Shown here: positions 17,275 to 31,756 of the stretch, one piece after another
How the letters are laid out: each line of letters begins with the position of its first letter
Numbering within the stretch: position 1 is the first letter of the stretch
NCBI RefSeq assembly: GCF_964204645.1
Contig: NC_134028.1
Location: forward strand, 26,036,345 to 26,100,344
DNA length: 64,000 bases
From: Tubulanus polymorphus
Lineage: Eukaryota; Animalia; Nemertea
Direction: 5' to 3'
The notes under the pieces: generated by a model
Told to the model about the DNA's origin: nothing
What the model saw: only the letters and a program-made list of their open reading frames with translations
Databases searched by the model: none
Made by a program: the position numbers and the translations under genes

Positions 17275-19238
17275 CTAAATCTTGAATCGGTTGTTTGAAG
17301 TGAAATGAGATGGGTTTGCCGCTGTGTTACGTGGTTCGTCAGGGGTTCACTTAAAGCGGTGCTGTTGTGTAATACGAAGCTGTTCTGGCGAGTGCATCAA
17401 AATAAACATCATCTAAAATTCCTCGTGTGTCATTCGAAGCTGATATTCCCCGCCGTGAGAACTCGAATCAGATCCTCTCCTGGTATTCACGTGCACGTAA
17501 CAATCACATCAGGAATTCGTGTAATAGATATTCTCGATTTCTACCATCTGCACGTGAACTTAGATTTATGAATTTCAATTTATTGGCGTTGATTCTAGTT
17601 AATAGACAAGCGGACGCGAGAAATCCTCGATGGATTCTCTGATTGAGGGGCTGGGATACTCGGCGGTCGTTCATCATCGCGCTTTCATACGTACAATGTC
17701 CTCTTCAATCATATATCAGCGCAGAATGAAAGATCCAATCGGAATCGGTCAAGTTACAAATCCAAACATAATCAATTTGTATCTATGAAACTAGTAGCTC
17801 TCCCCGGCGAACCCGACCAGTGTTTAATTGCATTTCCCTCGATATACTCGAATATAAATAGAAGTTGTACATTAGCTGAGGGATAATCAAGCTATATTGC
17901 GCGTTTAGGTGTAGAACAATCTCTTTCAGCTGTTGCCCTTGATTCGAATTCATCGATGAAGCCACGATCGCATTGAATGGAGCTGTTCCAAGCACTCTCA
18001 GCTCATCCGCTTGTTCACCTGCAGCGATGTTTAAACTGCCCCTCTTGAATACTCAGATAACCTCATTGCTTTCGCTCAGGTCAAATTCCTCAAACCAGAA
18101 TATCAATCAGAAGCGGCGGTAAAAAATGGTTGAAATGGCCACTCCGAAGGTGTCAAGCAAGGTTCCTCTTCGGTGCTAGAAATCCGTATAAGAGATACAT
18201 CGGTCGAATCCCTGCCGGGGGAGAATGGATCGCCTAACAGTATATGTGATGCCCGAAATGTTGTATCGGGAACCATAACAACAAAACAGGTTCTTCCAAC
18301 GTAAAGGGCAACATCTTGTACCACGGCGGGTCTCGTCGTATTTCTGACTTAGTATTTCCGATTATGGAAAAAAATGAGTTCATAGAAGAGTTTGTCGACC
18401 GTTTAATATATGAATGTTGAATAGGAGGTTGCTTTATAGCGCTGGGTGATCGAGCGGCGAGGAGAAGTTGTTTGAATTGAGATATTTACTGACAAACTTC
18501 AAGAGCAATGTAAACATTACGTATAGCTTAGAACTGAGCCATTGAACTGCGGTCCATCCATGCATCCATCCTCGATTCGTCTCAATGTATCTGGATTCTA
18601 GAGCCGTGTTACCGAACTCACAGGCAAGTCAATCACAACGACTCGACTGAAGTCAATATCGATAGAGAGTAGCGTAGTGAAAATGATGAAAATGAAGATT
18701 GATCTATTCTTGTCAAATGCGTTTATGCGTAACCTATGCCCTGAACAAGAAATGGAAATAATCATAGGCGTTGTCAGGGGTGTGGACGCCCCAATTTTCA
18801 AATCCTAGTTCCGAATTTTTTATTTTTCATATTCCGGAAATTTCGTCAACGTTTTGCCTTATTTAGTTCAGAAAATGTCCCTATCATGCTTCGAATTTCA
18901 AAAATTAAGACTATTAAAGAACATTCAAGCAATTTCAAGGATTCGGAAATGCTCGTATATATGGCATCTTAGTAACGCCGCAAATGCAGCGTGAAAAGAA
19001 GCGTGTGAATTCGACATCTGAATCTATCAAATATTCTGGCTATTTCACAAGTATTGATACGCGTTCAATTTATCATTTGCAGCAATTGGCAATTGTTGCT
19101 CGCGATACAATGCTTCCAATTGTCATGGCGATCTGAAATCGATTTGACTGGTGAGTGTTGAGGTAAATTCCCATATAATAGCGAAAGAAAAGCGCGGCTT
19201 GTCATTTTGAAACTGACCAGCGTAGATTCAGACCTCAT

Positions 19239-19356
<118 letters not shown>

Positions 19357-20000
19357 GTCCCCTCTAACACACATTCCGTGATCTATCATTGACACGTAAA
19401 ACACCTATACGCGGTATCGCGTGTGAATGATAAACCATTCTCCGGATAAGCCAGCAGTATCAGAGGGTAAAGGGAAATAGATTCAGCGGAATCAATTGAG
19501 GTAGATCTGGCTCGGCGGTCGCGCCGGAGTTGTGTAGGAAGGTAAAGCGAGTGAGCGACATAGACAGCATCGCGACGTGACGGTTTTATCGGCTACGGAA
19601 AGCGCGTTGCGTTTTGTTCCGTGATAAACACGCGGATTCTCGCTATTCACCGGTAATGGTTCGGATTGGAATCTGAGAGACTAATCGAAGAAGGCTGATA
19701 TAAAACAAGAATGCAAACCTTTTAACAAATATCGGAAAGAATATCTGTGTTGACGAAGATGTAAGTACCCACCACATCCGATGTCAGTCTATCTGGTTTT
19801 TTTTCACGTGTGATATCGTGTAACACGATGTCTGTTTTTCACGCTTCTGTTGTGATTCGTGACGGCTAAGTGCCTGAGCTAAGTTAGATTTTTTATATGA
19901 TGTATTTATACATATGCGTTTATCACTTAGCATTGGTAGCGCAGTCAGGTTATGTACGGTCAAATCTATTTATCCGCGGCTGCACTTTATAAATGGACAA

Positions 20001-20254
20001 TAAGTAGAGCCTCGTTACAGTGAACTTCAGACCACTGGAGGTCAGTTCTTCAAACTGTAAAATACTCGGTACGGAATATTGGGTGCAGGGGTGTATCGGG
20101 TCGACTGGGCTGAATCTGTTCGTATAATCAAAATGTGTTACTTGAGACGAAATTTTAGGTTTGTTATATCGGAGAAATCGTTATATTTGTGTTTGTTGTA
20201 ACGAAATTCCATTGTATGCAAATCTGTATTTGAACATAAACGAGGTTCGACTGT
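20001..20254. mobile_element. Degenerate pogo/Tigger-like MITE
   Basis: Ends AGTAGAGCCTCGTT ... AACGAGGTTCGACTGT are imperfect inverted repeats of the CAGT..ACCTCG type. Confidence 0.45.
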
Positions 20255-20589
20255 CACGTGTCGGTTTCCTCCTGCAGTCTATCTCGACACTGTTTACCGC
20301 TGAAGTAGTGCTGATTGACAAATTGTTTTGTCGACATGTCCGCCAACGCGCTGAGGCATTCAACGCGTCAACCTTATTGAATAGTAGAGACAGTGACTGT
20401 GTGGTGTAAATGGTGAATCTTCGGGGAATCACGGGGGTTGGGGACCTGGTTTCCCGTTTCAAAACCCAAGGGCATGCGCCTCCACTCGTCTTTGAAGGTC
20501 TTTTTGAATCAAGGTCTGCTTCAACGATGAGGATTTCCTTTCCATTTCATTTGAAGCACCACCGGGAATAGCATTAAGAAAAAAATTTC

Positions 20590-20662
20590 TGCCGAAACCC
20601 GGGATCGAACCAGGGACCTTTAGATCTTCAGTCTAACGCTCTCCCAACTGAGCTATTTCGGC
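20590..20662 (-). tRNA. tRNA-Phe (GAA)
   Basis: The minus strand reads GCCGAAATAGCTCAGTTGGGAGAGCGTTAGACTGAAGATCTAAAGGTCCCTGGTTCGATCCCGGGTTTCGGCA, a canonical animal tRNA-Phe. A T7 Pol III terminator follows (20585-20579). Confidence 0.98.
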
Positions 20663-23600
20663 TGATATACGAATATGAGGAATTACGCCGCGAATTCCGC
20701 AAAACCTCTACTGATTTGACCCTTTTAATGATTCCTTTGGAATGTGATTGGGGATTATCATAAACTGTTCCACTATAACTGAAGTGGTTTGTGCTCTTAA
20801 TGCTGGGTGACGTATCGTCATATATAACTCATTGTATACGCAGGACATCTTATCAGATTCTAATGATATGAGAAGGGTTCCTAAAACTGACATTCGCCCG
20901 TAAACGAGGGCCATTAATGGAAGGTATTTGATAGTCAGAGATGTTAATTCAATCTCACTGTCTCGGAATTAGACCTGAGTGTGGTTGTATACGGATGGCT
21001 AAGAGATCTTGACATCTTTCGATCACGCATTAATAAAATGACGGCGCGGGATAGACCGCATTTCGCTGTATCCATTCTGACATTACAGGATTAATTAAGG
21101 AATGTATTATCTCTAAACCTGTGCGTGTATCGCTGACTATGTAACTTGCCAGGGATGGTGTTGTCGGAGTGTGTACCGCGATTCAACATCTTACCAATCG
21201 GACAACGCAAACATGTCATGAAATAATGGTGTATACCGTCTCATTGGTAACCAAACATCACTCACTCACCCCCTACAGAATATACTCCACTAATAATAGT
21301 TGGTATCCGTGTAATGCATTGTAATAGTAATTGATATATTATATAGACTTGTGTCTCCTAGGAAAACTAGTGGAATGCATTCTACCTGTTGGTTTCAATT
21401 TCGTCCACGGAGCCGTCATCGCGTAAAGCCCATCGGAAACAAAACAATGTTTCTCATTTCCGTGTTTCCGGGGCTTCACAGCATTTTTCGTACTCGGCTC
21501 AACTGGTTTATACAAGAATATGGTCGAAGATCCCGCACACTGTGGCACCTAAAATGACGGTTCAAATACAAAGAGACGCCACGACCAAAATTTTGAGTTC
21601 ATCTCGCCTTAAGTTATCAAATGCTAACTACATGGACAACATGATGGTAAAACTATAGCCTCTATCACCTGCTGTCATACAGGATATGCTGTTAAATGCC
21701 AAGTTCCTTCGACCTTTCGATGAGGCTACTGACGTTATTTTAGACGACCTTATATCTAGAGATTCTAGAAAAAACCTCTAAAACCGCTGGAATCCGTGCA
21801 GTAATTTCCGTACTGTGTCCCATGGTCGTGACCGCCGCCTGCCATATAGAACCATAGGCTGTAGCCCTGGAACTGACTAAAATAACCAGTAATAGATAAA
21901 TTGACTACTTTCGTATCTGCTTTTGCCATTTCGAACAAGCGGAACCACGCAATCGAGACACTCAATCAGGTGGCAGGGTAAGGTCACTGAAAGTTAGCCG
22001 GTAACTGATGAGATAAGTTAAGTAAATCATTTGACAGTAATCCAGTGAGTCGCAGTTCCAGTTTCTCAGTTTGCGATCATCAGATTTGACGGTGATATGA
22101 TGATGCAAACTTTGAACCCGAAACGACGCTCTGGGACGATGAGAGAAACTAAATGAGAAATGGCCGCCGCCGTCGCCGGCTTCGAATTAAAGTTGATTAG
22201 GCGTAAGTAGTTTATTCAATACGGTTTGATTAGGCTACAAATCTGCGGGATGAAACGGAAGATCGATCTCTGTAAATCGCTGAAGAGACTTTGAATATAT
22301 ATCATTCTGCAGGTTATATCCGACGAAGTGAATACACGTTTGTGTGATAACTCGATCGTATGACGGATATGTCGATGGATATTTTTGAATAAATGAAACA
22401 AAATCAAATCTATTTGACAATTAGTTCCCTCCTCCTCTGAAAATGTGGTAGTTAAAAACCCGTTAAAAGAAATCACACACGTTGCAATTTTTTTTACAAA
22501 TCTCTCGTTCTATCGCGGTAGCTTCTCGTTCTATCGCGGTAAATTCCCGGGGTGTATTTCGTTTTATCGAGCGTTAAAACGACTTATAGGTGTTTGAAAA
22601 TAAATTCAAACGTGTGCGATACTCTTTTATTATGTGACCCGAATCAGCCAGCACGTAAGAGGCCTAATGCAGAGAATGTTGATCAGCGAGCGACGAATGT
22701 TTGTTCGGAAGGTCCGAATCTGAGAGACTATCACTGAGAGGGAACAAATCTGTAAACTGACAGCTGTTTTTCTGTAGGCTGCGAGAAGGACAGTGACGTT
22801 TTCCAGACGAGAAAAAGAATATTCGATATCTTTAAAGTACACTTCCTTTTGTTGGTGATGTTCGTATAAGATGTTTCTATTTATAGTATAAAACGCGATT
22901 TTGCTCAGATGTTTCCGCTGGTTTCGTCGATCAAAGCTCGATGAGTTTGTTTTCTTGAAAGTAAAAAGAAAAACGTTGTTATAATTGCTGTTGCTACGGT
23001 AACGAGGTACTAGACTAGCTTTAAGGTTTTCGTGAATTTAGAAATTGCGACCACGTTGTCCCTACATCACTCACTTAGATTTTCATATATAAAAATTGAA
23101 TTGCATTTACTGGACTTGCTCGCCATCTCTGGGTAAACTGCTCAAGTTGGTGAAGTTATTATCAACTCGTTTGTGAGGTAACTTGATTCTCAACTCGTTT
23201 TCCGATCAACTACTTACAACAGTCGAAAACACTATCGAGTTTCCTGTTTCTCAACTCGATGAAATATTTAGTCCCGACGCTATACCGAGTTCCCCGATTC
23301 TCAATTCGGTGAAATATTTACGGTCCCATAGCTACCGCGAGTTCCCTCGTACCCGACTCGGTGAATTATTAACGGTCCCGGCGCAGGCCCCGGTAAAGCG
23401 CTGTTTTAACGAATATTCAGCGCGAATCTCTTATATAGAAGTATGTGTAACTTAAGAGATGTATATTGATGCGACCACCGTGTCCACCGGCGACTGTTTC
23501 CCGTCGCCATCAAAAAAACTATCGTCAACATTCGTCAAATAGATTTATCAATTGATGCACGCACTTGAAAATAGAAAGAAAATCCTGATGAGGTGATGTC

Positions 23601-26600
23601 ATGTGATACCAACCCGCGGCGATGAGGATGAGCTTAGCCAACTCTGTTGTAGTCGACAAGGTTAAAATCACAACTGAATGGGATTCTATATCCTGAACGT
23701 CATTGGCTATTTAGGTTGATAAGTCAGGAAGACTGTGGCCCAGTCAGCAAATTCCAACGGCTTTGAAAGTTCGTAGAATATCTAGTTATTTCGGCGTTTT
23801 CAAGAACAATATTTTCGTGGCCTCATTAAAGCTGAAATAGTGACATTTGTCATTTTACAGCATCGTCGTTTATGGAATCAAATATTAAACGATGATCGGT
23901 CGGTATTTTCATATTTAGGGTGAACCCAAATATGGCTGCGCGACGTACTGAAATCATCAGTAGGGTGAGCATGTGGTCGAGACGGCAAACAGACCTTCCA
24001 CACAACGCTCATGCGCAATCTTAAAATCACCAATTTCGACTTGTACAAACCAGTTTGGTGAGTACGACCAAAGATCACGTTTTTTTACGCGATGACCACT
24101 TTGTTCCGTGGAAACGGCGGGAACACGTAGGATGCATATCTATATATAGATTATTGATTACTATAACGCATTATGGACACCAATTTGTTCACGAATCAAC
24201 CGTCAAATCTAATCGAGCTACTGCAAAGCGAAACCATTAAATCTTTTCCAATCCATTTTGTTAATTACATTTCGCCGACTACGGAAACCATCCCATGGGT
24301 TTATTCGGGTATCAGCGCCAATTTCATGCATTCCTACACGACGACGACGTCGTTGATTAACAGTTCAGTTTTTTTTTCTACGAATGAATTTCAAATGATC
24401 GTCGAGTATAATCGTTCGAGGAGTCGAATTTACGACGATTAAACGAGATTTAAAATGATGTGTAAAAAGCTTTCGATCGCGCGTCGAAACGTTAGGAAAA
24501 TTCAGGTTAATCAAAAATATGAATATTCAAATATCAGTAGATCGTAGTATATTGTTTGGTAGTTAGGTATTCGGGGAGAGGAGGGGAGGGGGGGTGGCTA
24601 CCACCTGGGCTGGGTGTGTTGTGGTTGTCAGCCAGATTAAGGATTTACCCCCAGGGATAACTTTGATACTCCGCCTTTGAAACTGGGCCCTGGAAAAGAT
24701 GCCATGATCAAGGTATTTTAAACAACGCAGGGAAACATATAGAAACATGATTTTGAGCGTTTTTCTGTATCGTTCTGTGCCTTTACGAGAAACGAGAAAC
24801 ATGGTTTCGGGAAACATCGAACAAACATGTTTCGTGTTTCTGAGCTTCATCATTCACCCTATGAAGCTACTGTAGATTAGTAGCGAAAGCTCTTAATTCA
24901 AATAAACATAAATATAGTTAACCTATAAACCTACAGTACTATCTGTCTCGTTGTATTTAAGTGATAGATCGTAAGATTCTTAAAATGTGGTGAACTGTAA
25001 ACTTATTGAGTAATTCAATTTTCGCAATAGATAACAATATTGATTATACATAACATAATTTGTGATGTGGCAATATCTGTTGAACGGAATTGACTGTAAT
25101 ATATAATCCGAATTTCCTAATATATATCTCAATACTTCTATGTCTTCCCCGAAATCCGAACTCGCTGTAAAGTAATGCGAGATCGCTGTGTGTTGTTACG
25201 CGCACATGTTTTAAAGGTTTCCTTCACGCAGTCGCCGCCAATTTTCTAAATAACCGGACGTAATGATGTGGCGGATACTGGGAACGAAACGGAACACTTC
25301 CTTCGCGTATTCGCGCAAACTTATCAACAGATTAAAGGCTTCGATTGCAGCAACTTCACGAATTGGTTGAAGACTCGCAGTGCAAACATCTAATCAATTT
25401 ATGACGACGATGAAAGTTGTCGGTAATTCATATGTTAAATTTAATCAGCAGCAGGAATGATAATTATCTAAGATTGAAAATGAAGATTTTATAAATTCAT
25501 TGTATATTTTTCATTTTGTAGTTAGATATGTGTCTTTAGCTTTCTGTCAAATTAACTCGAATTTGAAGCATTAAATGTCAAATGTCATTCAGTCGACGGA
25601 CGACGCTATGTATAGAGTTTTGAACTATTATTAGAAAAGATATTTGCATCGTGGTCTTACTATTTATGACGGTATGTTCCTAATTTCTCAGATAATACGA
25701 TGATCCCACAATATTGATGAAATGTCTCGGGACCTCTAGATCCCGTCATCAGTATATTCGGTTCTACAGTTTTAGATTAACCTTAAACTAAATCGAATTC
25801 TCTAATTCAGACTTAAATCTGATAAAAAACTGTGGACCGGGTCCATTCAAAATGCTGTCTTTGTCACATTGACGAATTTTAGTGTTTATATCCAATTCAA
25901 TATTAACCGTCTTTTAGTTTCTTGATAAAACCCCAGGCTTCCATTTGCGTGAAATTCCGGTGATCTCTCGTTTTTTATTATTTTACTTTCGTTACAAAAC
26001 GCTCTAAAAGGAGTTTGACATCAATACTGATAAAATCGCCGCAATACGGAAACAATGACGTCACATGCGTTTTCAGCCAATCGCTATCGGTTGGTGCTAA
26101 GATAAGACGAAGATCTCGGAGGAAGAGGAAAGCACTTTTGATGTATTTCTCGTTTGGTGAATCGCGTATGTATTTTTGAGAGTGACTTAGATGAGCGATA
26201 AGAACTGATAGTGCTGCCGACTCGGGATGATGTGTATTCAGTAAGTATATATACATGATGTTATTCGAGTTGGGGCTCGAGATTATAATTTTACGAAAAT
26301 ACACACTACCTATCGAGCGAAAATTCATAAGACTGCTTCATCTCGGCTTTTGTATTACGGATTACAGATATTTAACAGGAGATTCCGAATTCCGTATTGC
26401 TTCTGTACTGAGCCGGTATAAAGTATATTAACTGATCTATTCAGGTCCTGAAAAAAACCAATTAATTTCATCAATTTTTGTGTGGGATATTCTATCTACG
26501 AACTGAGCAAAAACCATAATGGTGTATTTCAGTAAGAATCACAATCAACGATGCAAATATGTTTTAAATTAATTAATCTGCCGTATATTAAATTTTTTTT

Positions 26601-26884
26601 GATAGAGATTACAGAGATTTATATCAGGAGATTCTAAATGTTTTTTCTTTTCTTTATTGAGCTGTTATAAATCTATTCAGGTATTTGCTTTATTTGGTTT
26701 GGAGAGAGAGAGAGCGCGCGAAATCCACATTTTTCATTATATATATGAGTTGCTATCTGCGACCTGTTGATGACCTGACATTGATACTGATTATTGATAT
26801 ACTAAAAATAGCGACCAAATTGGTAATTACGGAATGTCACAATACTAGATTTGATAGATGAACCAAAAAAATTTGGAAAAGTTC

Positions 26885-26957
26885 TGCCGAAACCCGGGAT
26901 CGAACCAGGGACCTTTAGATCTTCAGTCTAACGCTCTCCCAACTGAGCTATTTCGGC
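26885..26957 (-). tRNA. tRNA-Phe (GAA), second identical copy
   Basis: Same 73-nt sequence as the first copy, with downstream T4 (26880-26877) and T7 (26871-26865) runs on the minus strand. Confidence 0.98.
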
Positions 26958-29900
26958 TGAGATGCTTATGGTGGGAATTTCGACAACAATTTCCAGAAAT
27001 CGCGAATGTTATCGTCCACGGAAACGGTTAATTTCTAAGAATCAAAAAGAATCTGAGCTATTACGAATTTTCTTATCCGGTACATGGAAATGTAACGTAT
27101 ATCATTTATGTAGTTTATTGCGAGAGCACAAAAAATGAATACTTTTTAAAAGTCTTCACCGGTTTTTGTCAACCTTTCAACAGCGTTCTCGAGGCGAATG
27201 TCAATTCGTTCCTGCGTTTTTTTCTCGTAACAAGATATAATCTTATTACTCAGCGACATCAAAGGTAAATTTCCCAGGTTTATATCAGGTTAAATAACAC
27301 AAAATAGCACCATAAACTAAAGGTTTCCGCTGAATACATTCTCATTTATTTACTCGCCCAGCGCGCATATAAACATTCAGGTTTTGTCACACATTCCTAA
27401 CGATTCGTCGCATTAGGCATATAATTGCGAAAACCTTTACAGTATTTGATTAAGTTAATGTTTATTGATGACCCTCGTAAACATTCTCGTCAGAACGTTC
27501 AACGCACAATATAAGGAACCGAACGCACGGCGCGAATAGAAAAGAACAAACAGAATCATTGTTCAGCGGCTTCACATTTATAAAAATCTACCAAACGATT
27601 TTGAATGGTGGCTCAATTGATAATAATAGCACGTGACACATTTAAAACGGCCGCTGTTATCACTCGGTAATGTTATTGGATTTCTTCAGTCTCGTTCTAT
27701 CCCGTGTTTAAGAGTGTAGTTTATAGAAATTCTCGATTAATCGAAGGTTGCTCGTTGGTTGTTGTTGTGGTATCTCACGCGAATAGTTATTCAACGAGTC
27801 ATCAGTTAGTTGATGGATAGCGGTTAGCGGATATCACTATAGGACGAGGTAAAGGTAGGTGAAAAAATCAGGCTGCTTTTAGTTAATCCTACATCGCGTC
27901 AAAAAGAACTAAAAAAAACGGCGGTTCGTTACTCGGTATTGTGGTCAACTCAGTACACCTCTCGATCAGGTCGTTAGATTTTACTGAAATATATTTCGGA
28001 AAACTTGTCTATTTTCCATTTTCTCAACTCGCTGAAATATTCTCAGTCCCAATGCTACCGATCAAAGCGCAGTGTACTGTATAAAGAATGAAGTTTTGGT
28101 ATCAAAACAATCAAAATAATGTTTCCGTTTCTATCAGCCGATAAAATGTTATTTTCTTTAATAACATTAGAACAAAAACGACTGATTTAATGTATATAAT
28201 ATGCTTTGAAGATTAAGAAGCTGCTAGTTTCACTTTTAGTTAAATATCGATATAGATTTAGTCGGAAGTAGGGATTGAATACAATAACGATCGATGTTTT
28301 ATCAATATTTTTTTAGATTTCCGAATAGAATTTTTATAATTTGAAATATTAACACATTTCGCAATATTTTTGTTCGTCGTTTATCATAGATGTTGATTGT
28401 ACACGATATTAGCCGCATATTGTCAAGTGTTGTGTGTATGGAATATATCGATGGACCGCACACACGAGCTGTTACCAGAGCGATGCAGGTGTCCCAGCCC
28501 ATTATCAGTTCATAAACCGCTCTAAGTCAGGTCAACACGCTTTAAAATATTCATTCACATGATGTTGTCGTTTGAATGCGAGACCTACAAAAGACGTTCT
28601 TATTGTTAAATATCGTTGATGCTTTTCAATACGTTGCTTCTATCGAGGTCATTTTTATTATTATTATTATTATTATTATGATCATAATGAGGTTCACAGG
28701 AAAAACAATCTCCGCTGAAACTGTTCTATTAGAATTCGTTAAAAGTGTATTTAGAAAATATACAGTAGCATAATATGACCGAAATGAACAAACCTATAAA
28801 TTGTTGACCTTTGTGCGTCACTCTGCTTTGACAGGTCACAGCTCGGACGTGCCGCCAGGCCGAGGGTCATGTGTACTTTATGGTTTGTATTTATTCATCC
28901 TTCCATATAGGGCCTTTAGCATTTAACAGTTTTCGTTTTCCAACATCAATTTCCTAGTGATTTTCACAGAGTTTCATTTACTAAAAAAGTAAATTTTCCG
29001 CCTGTTATATAATTTCTTTCTCACAGACATTTATCGCGTGAATATCGTAACATTTCTCACACCGATGAGGCCCCTGTACAATCACATTTCTTCTTTATGA
29101 ACTGTGCGAAATTGAATGATTAATTGCTGAAACGAGGCATCCGTCACTTAGAATACGTCTATTACATATAAAATATTTGAATGAATGAATATATTTCAAA
29201 TGTTTTTATACATTTATGCATTTAGAGTAACTCTGCGCGCTATTACACTGCGTTTGATATTAAGGTGCATGTTTCAGCTGTATTCAACTGAGGAATTGAT
29301 GTAGCGGGAGTCACCAAGCGCCACAAATCACCATAACAACAATGAGTTTTAATAGGTGCGAATGAAAGATGGCGCATCAGCAAAACCGATATTCGCTGAT
29401 ATTCCTGCGTCGTCATCTCCTCAAGTTGGATCCGATCATATCAAGTGACAACCATTTAAATGCGATATTTTTCTGACCCTAAATCTCGCCTTTTTGTATT
29501 GGATATTTATACGCCTACCTCGGACCCAAAATTTTGCCGGCCCTGGTTTGTCCGAATTAGGCGAGGTTTACTCTAACAACTAGATTAGGTATCGCTCTCA
29601 ATTGCGTCTCAAAATATCTGATTCTATATGAAGACATGTATTCAACAGGTATCGAGGCTTCATGAGTTCGTTCCAGGGTCTGCCATGAAACCGAACTGTT
29701 CACGTGTCCTTTTAGCGTTCATAAACAATCCGTAAAATTCATCGCAGCGTGAAAATAAATACTGTTCATTCCACGATTCGCGTTGTAAAACTATTATGAA
29801 ACATCAGTAACGTTTGTGACGCCGATTGGTTAAACATGTTCTGAATAGTTTTTAATGTTTACTTAGTTCACTGATGCATGCGTATATACAAGCATTTGTC

Positions 29901-31756
29901 TGAGGTAATTCAATTGCAATTTTTCGATCAGTTTTTCACGCGTGTTGAAATGTGTTATTTTTCCGTTCGTTGAACATCTTCGTTTTAAAAAACCGACGCA
30001 AATAAATAGAATTTAAAGCGATATTCAAATAGACGCTTTTTCTAAACGCTCAATAGTTCAGTTCAACGAGCTGTGCGTTAATTTACCATTTATCACTTTA
30101 CCACGGCACCGAGTCGCAATCTTTTCCCATATAAATTTCGATTTGCTCGGCAATGATTAATTGTTTTAAAAGATTATTTCTCATCGCCATTTTGTCATGT
30201 GTAAATTGTTTGAATTAATAGCCATGCAGCAATTTATATATGCTGTTTTGTATGAAGTCAATGCTCGTTCCCAAAGCTCTCGTATTCAGTATATGTACTG
30301 ATTTGTTAATACCTTTGAACCTATATTCTCGTCCACTCGAGCGCGCGTGTTTGTAACTAATTTGATACAGTTCGATTTTATCTTAATCACATTAAAGCCT
30401 TTATCGAAGGTAAACATCCTTTGATTGAAACCGCAACCAACGACAGTGACCTATTGGTTTCAATAGACAAGATTAGTGACTGTTTATTCGATTGAATATA
30501 AATTATTGATATGATTATTAGTGTTCAAATCGTGCATTTCATATTTCCAAAAAAAAATCTGTATCTTTCCCGGTAAGACTTCACAAGATGCTCATACGCC
30601 ATTACCCGGCCTCAAAAATCTTTCTGAGAAAAAAGATAATGTCCGGGGTTTGAGTGTGTTTATTCGACATCTTTAAAGCTTTGTGTAATGATCATGTGGG
30701 TGGGTTAGTGTTCTGTCTGGGTGGATAAAAACTAAGTGTATATCTGTACTCCTGATGTCAGATCTCTGAAAACCGGATTTTGCGGCTTATCAAAGCGCAA
30801 CAAAAATAACAATTCATCGATGACACCGTTAATGGTCTATAATTAGTGGTTGTAAAGCCCACTCGAAATAAACACAGAATTCACTCGGAAAAAACCGTCC
30901 CAGTTTCTCCCGCAAGTCGGGGTTGGTTCGGTGCTTTACCATTAGAAACTGACGTATACTGGCGACCAAAACAGCAATAGTCAACTTAGAGAGTTATATT
31001 GTCACGAACTAGATATTTCCCAAAATATCCCGCAAAATATTTCGTCTTTATAAAAAGAACGGCAAACACTTTCAAATCGAAGTAAATAATTCTTCGTTGT
31101 GGTTGTTAAATATTTGTTTTACGCGGTGTGTACTGGAATGTATGAGTATGTACAGTATATATGGTGTCGCCGGCAGCAGCGTTCTGATTCCGCGATATTT
31201 ACCCGATATCTCGACGGTACCGCTACCGCTTATCTCACCCAATCACTCTGATAACCGGCACATTTTATCCAGTTCGATTTGCTTAACCTGACACTCTGCG
31301 CGATTCGCAAAGATTACGAGCTTCGAACGTCGCTTTTAATACATTGCGCTTCTCACGGCGCGATGTAAATATATTTATTTGATCGGTTTTGAGCCAACAT
31401 TTGCTTTTACTTATAGACGAGTGCGAACCGAGAAGTACCGTTTTACAATGAGTCCAGTTCCCCCCGAGATCAAACCAGTTGAATACATGTTCACCTAGGT
31501 TGTATATACGTACCATAGATATAAACATACACGTGTTATTTCTATTTCAGGAACTCAACAGATCGATCGCATATATAAGGACCCCTGCGGGTTTAGGTAC
31601 CACCGCCTGAATCTTCCGTTTTTAGAAACATCGCAGCTTTGCACTGAAATTCGTTTTGTTTCCATAACAACGCGTGTAAACTTCAATTTGGCGCGCTCGC
31701 TGACGGCCAATTAGATCGTTTGTTATCGTATGACGTGTACGCAACCGATAGCATAA

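Noticed and set aside
17783-18324. Adjacent minus-strand ORFs in a GC-elevated patch
   Set aside because: No recognisable motifs, stops in all frames and no convincing splice structure.
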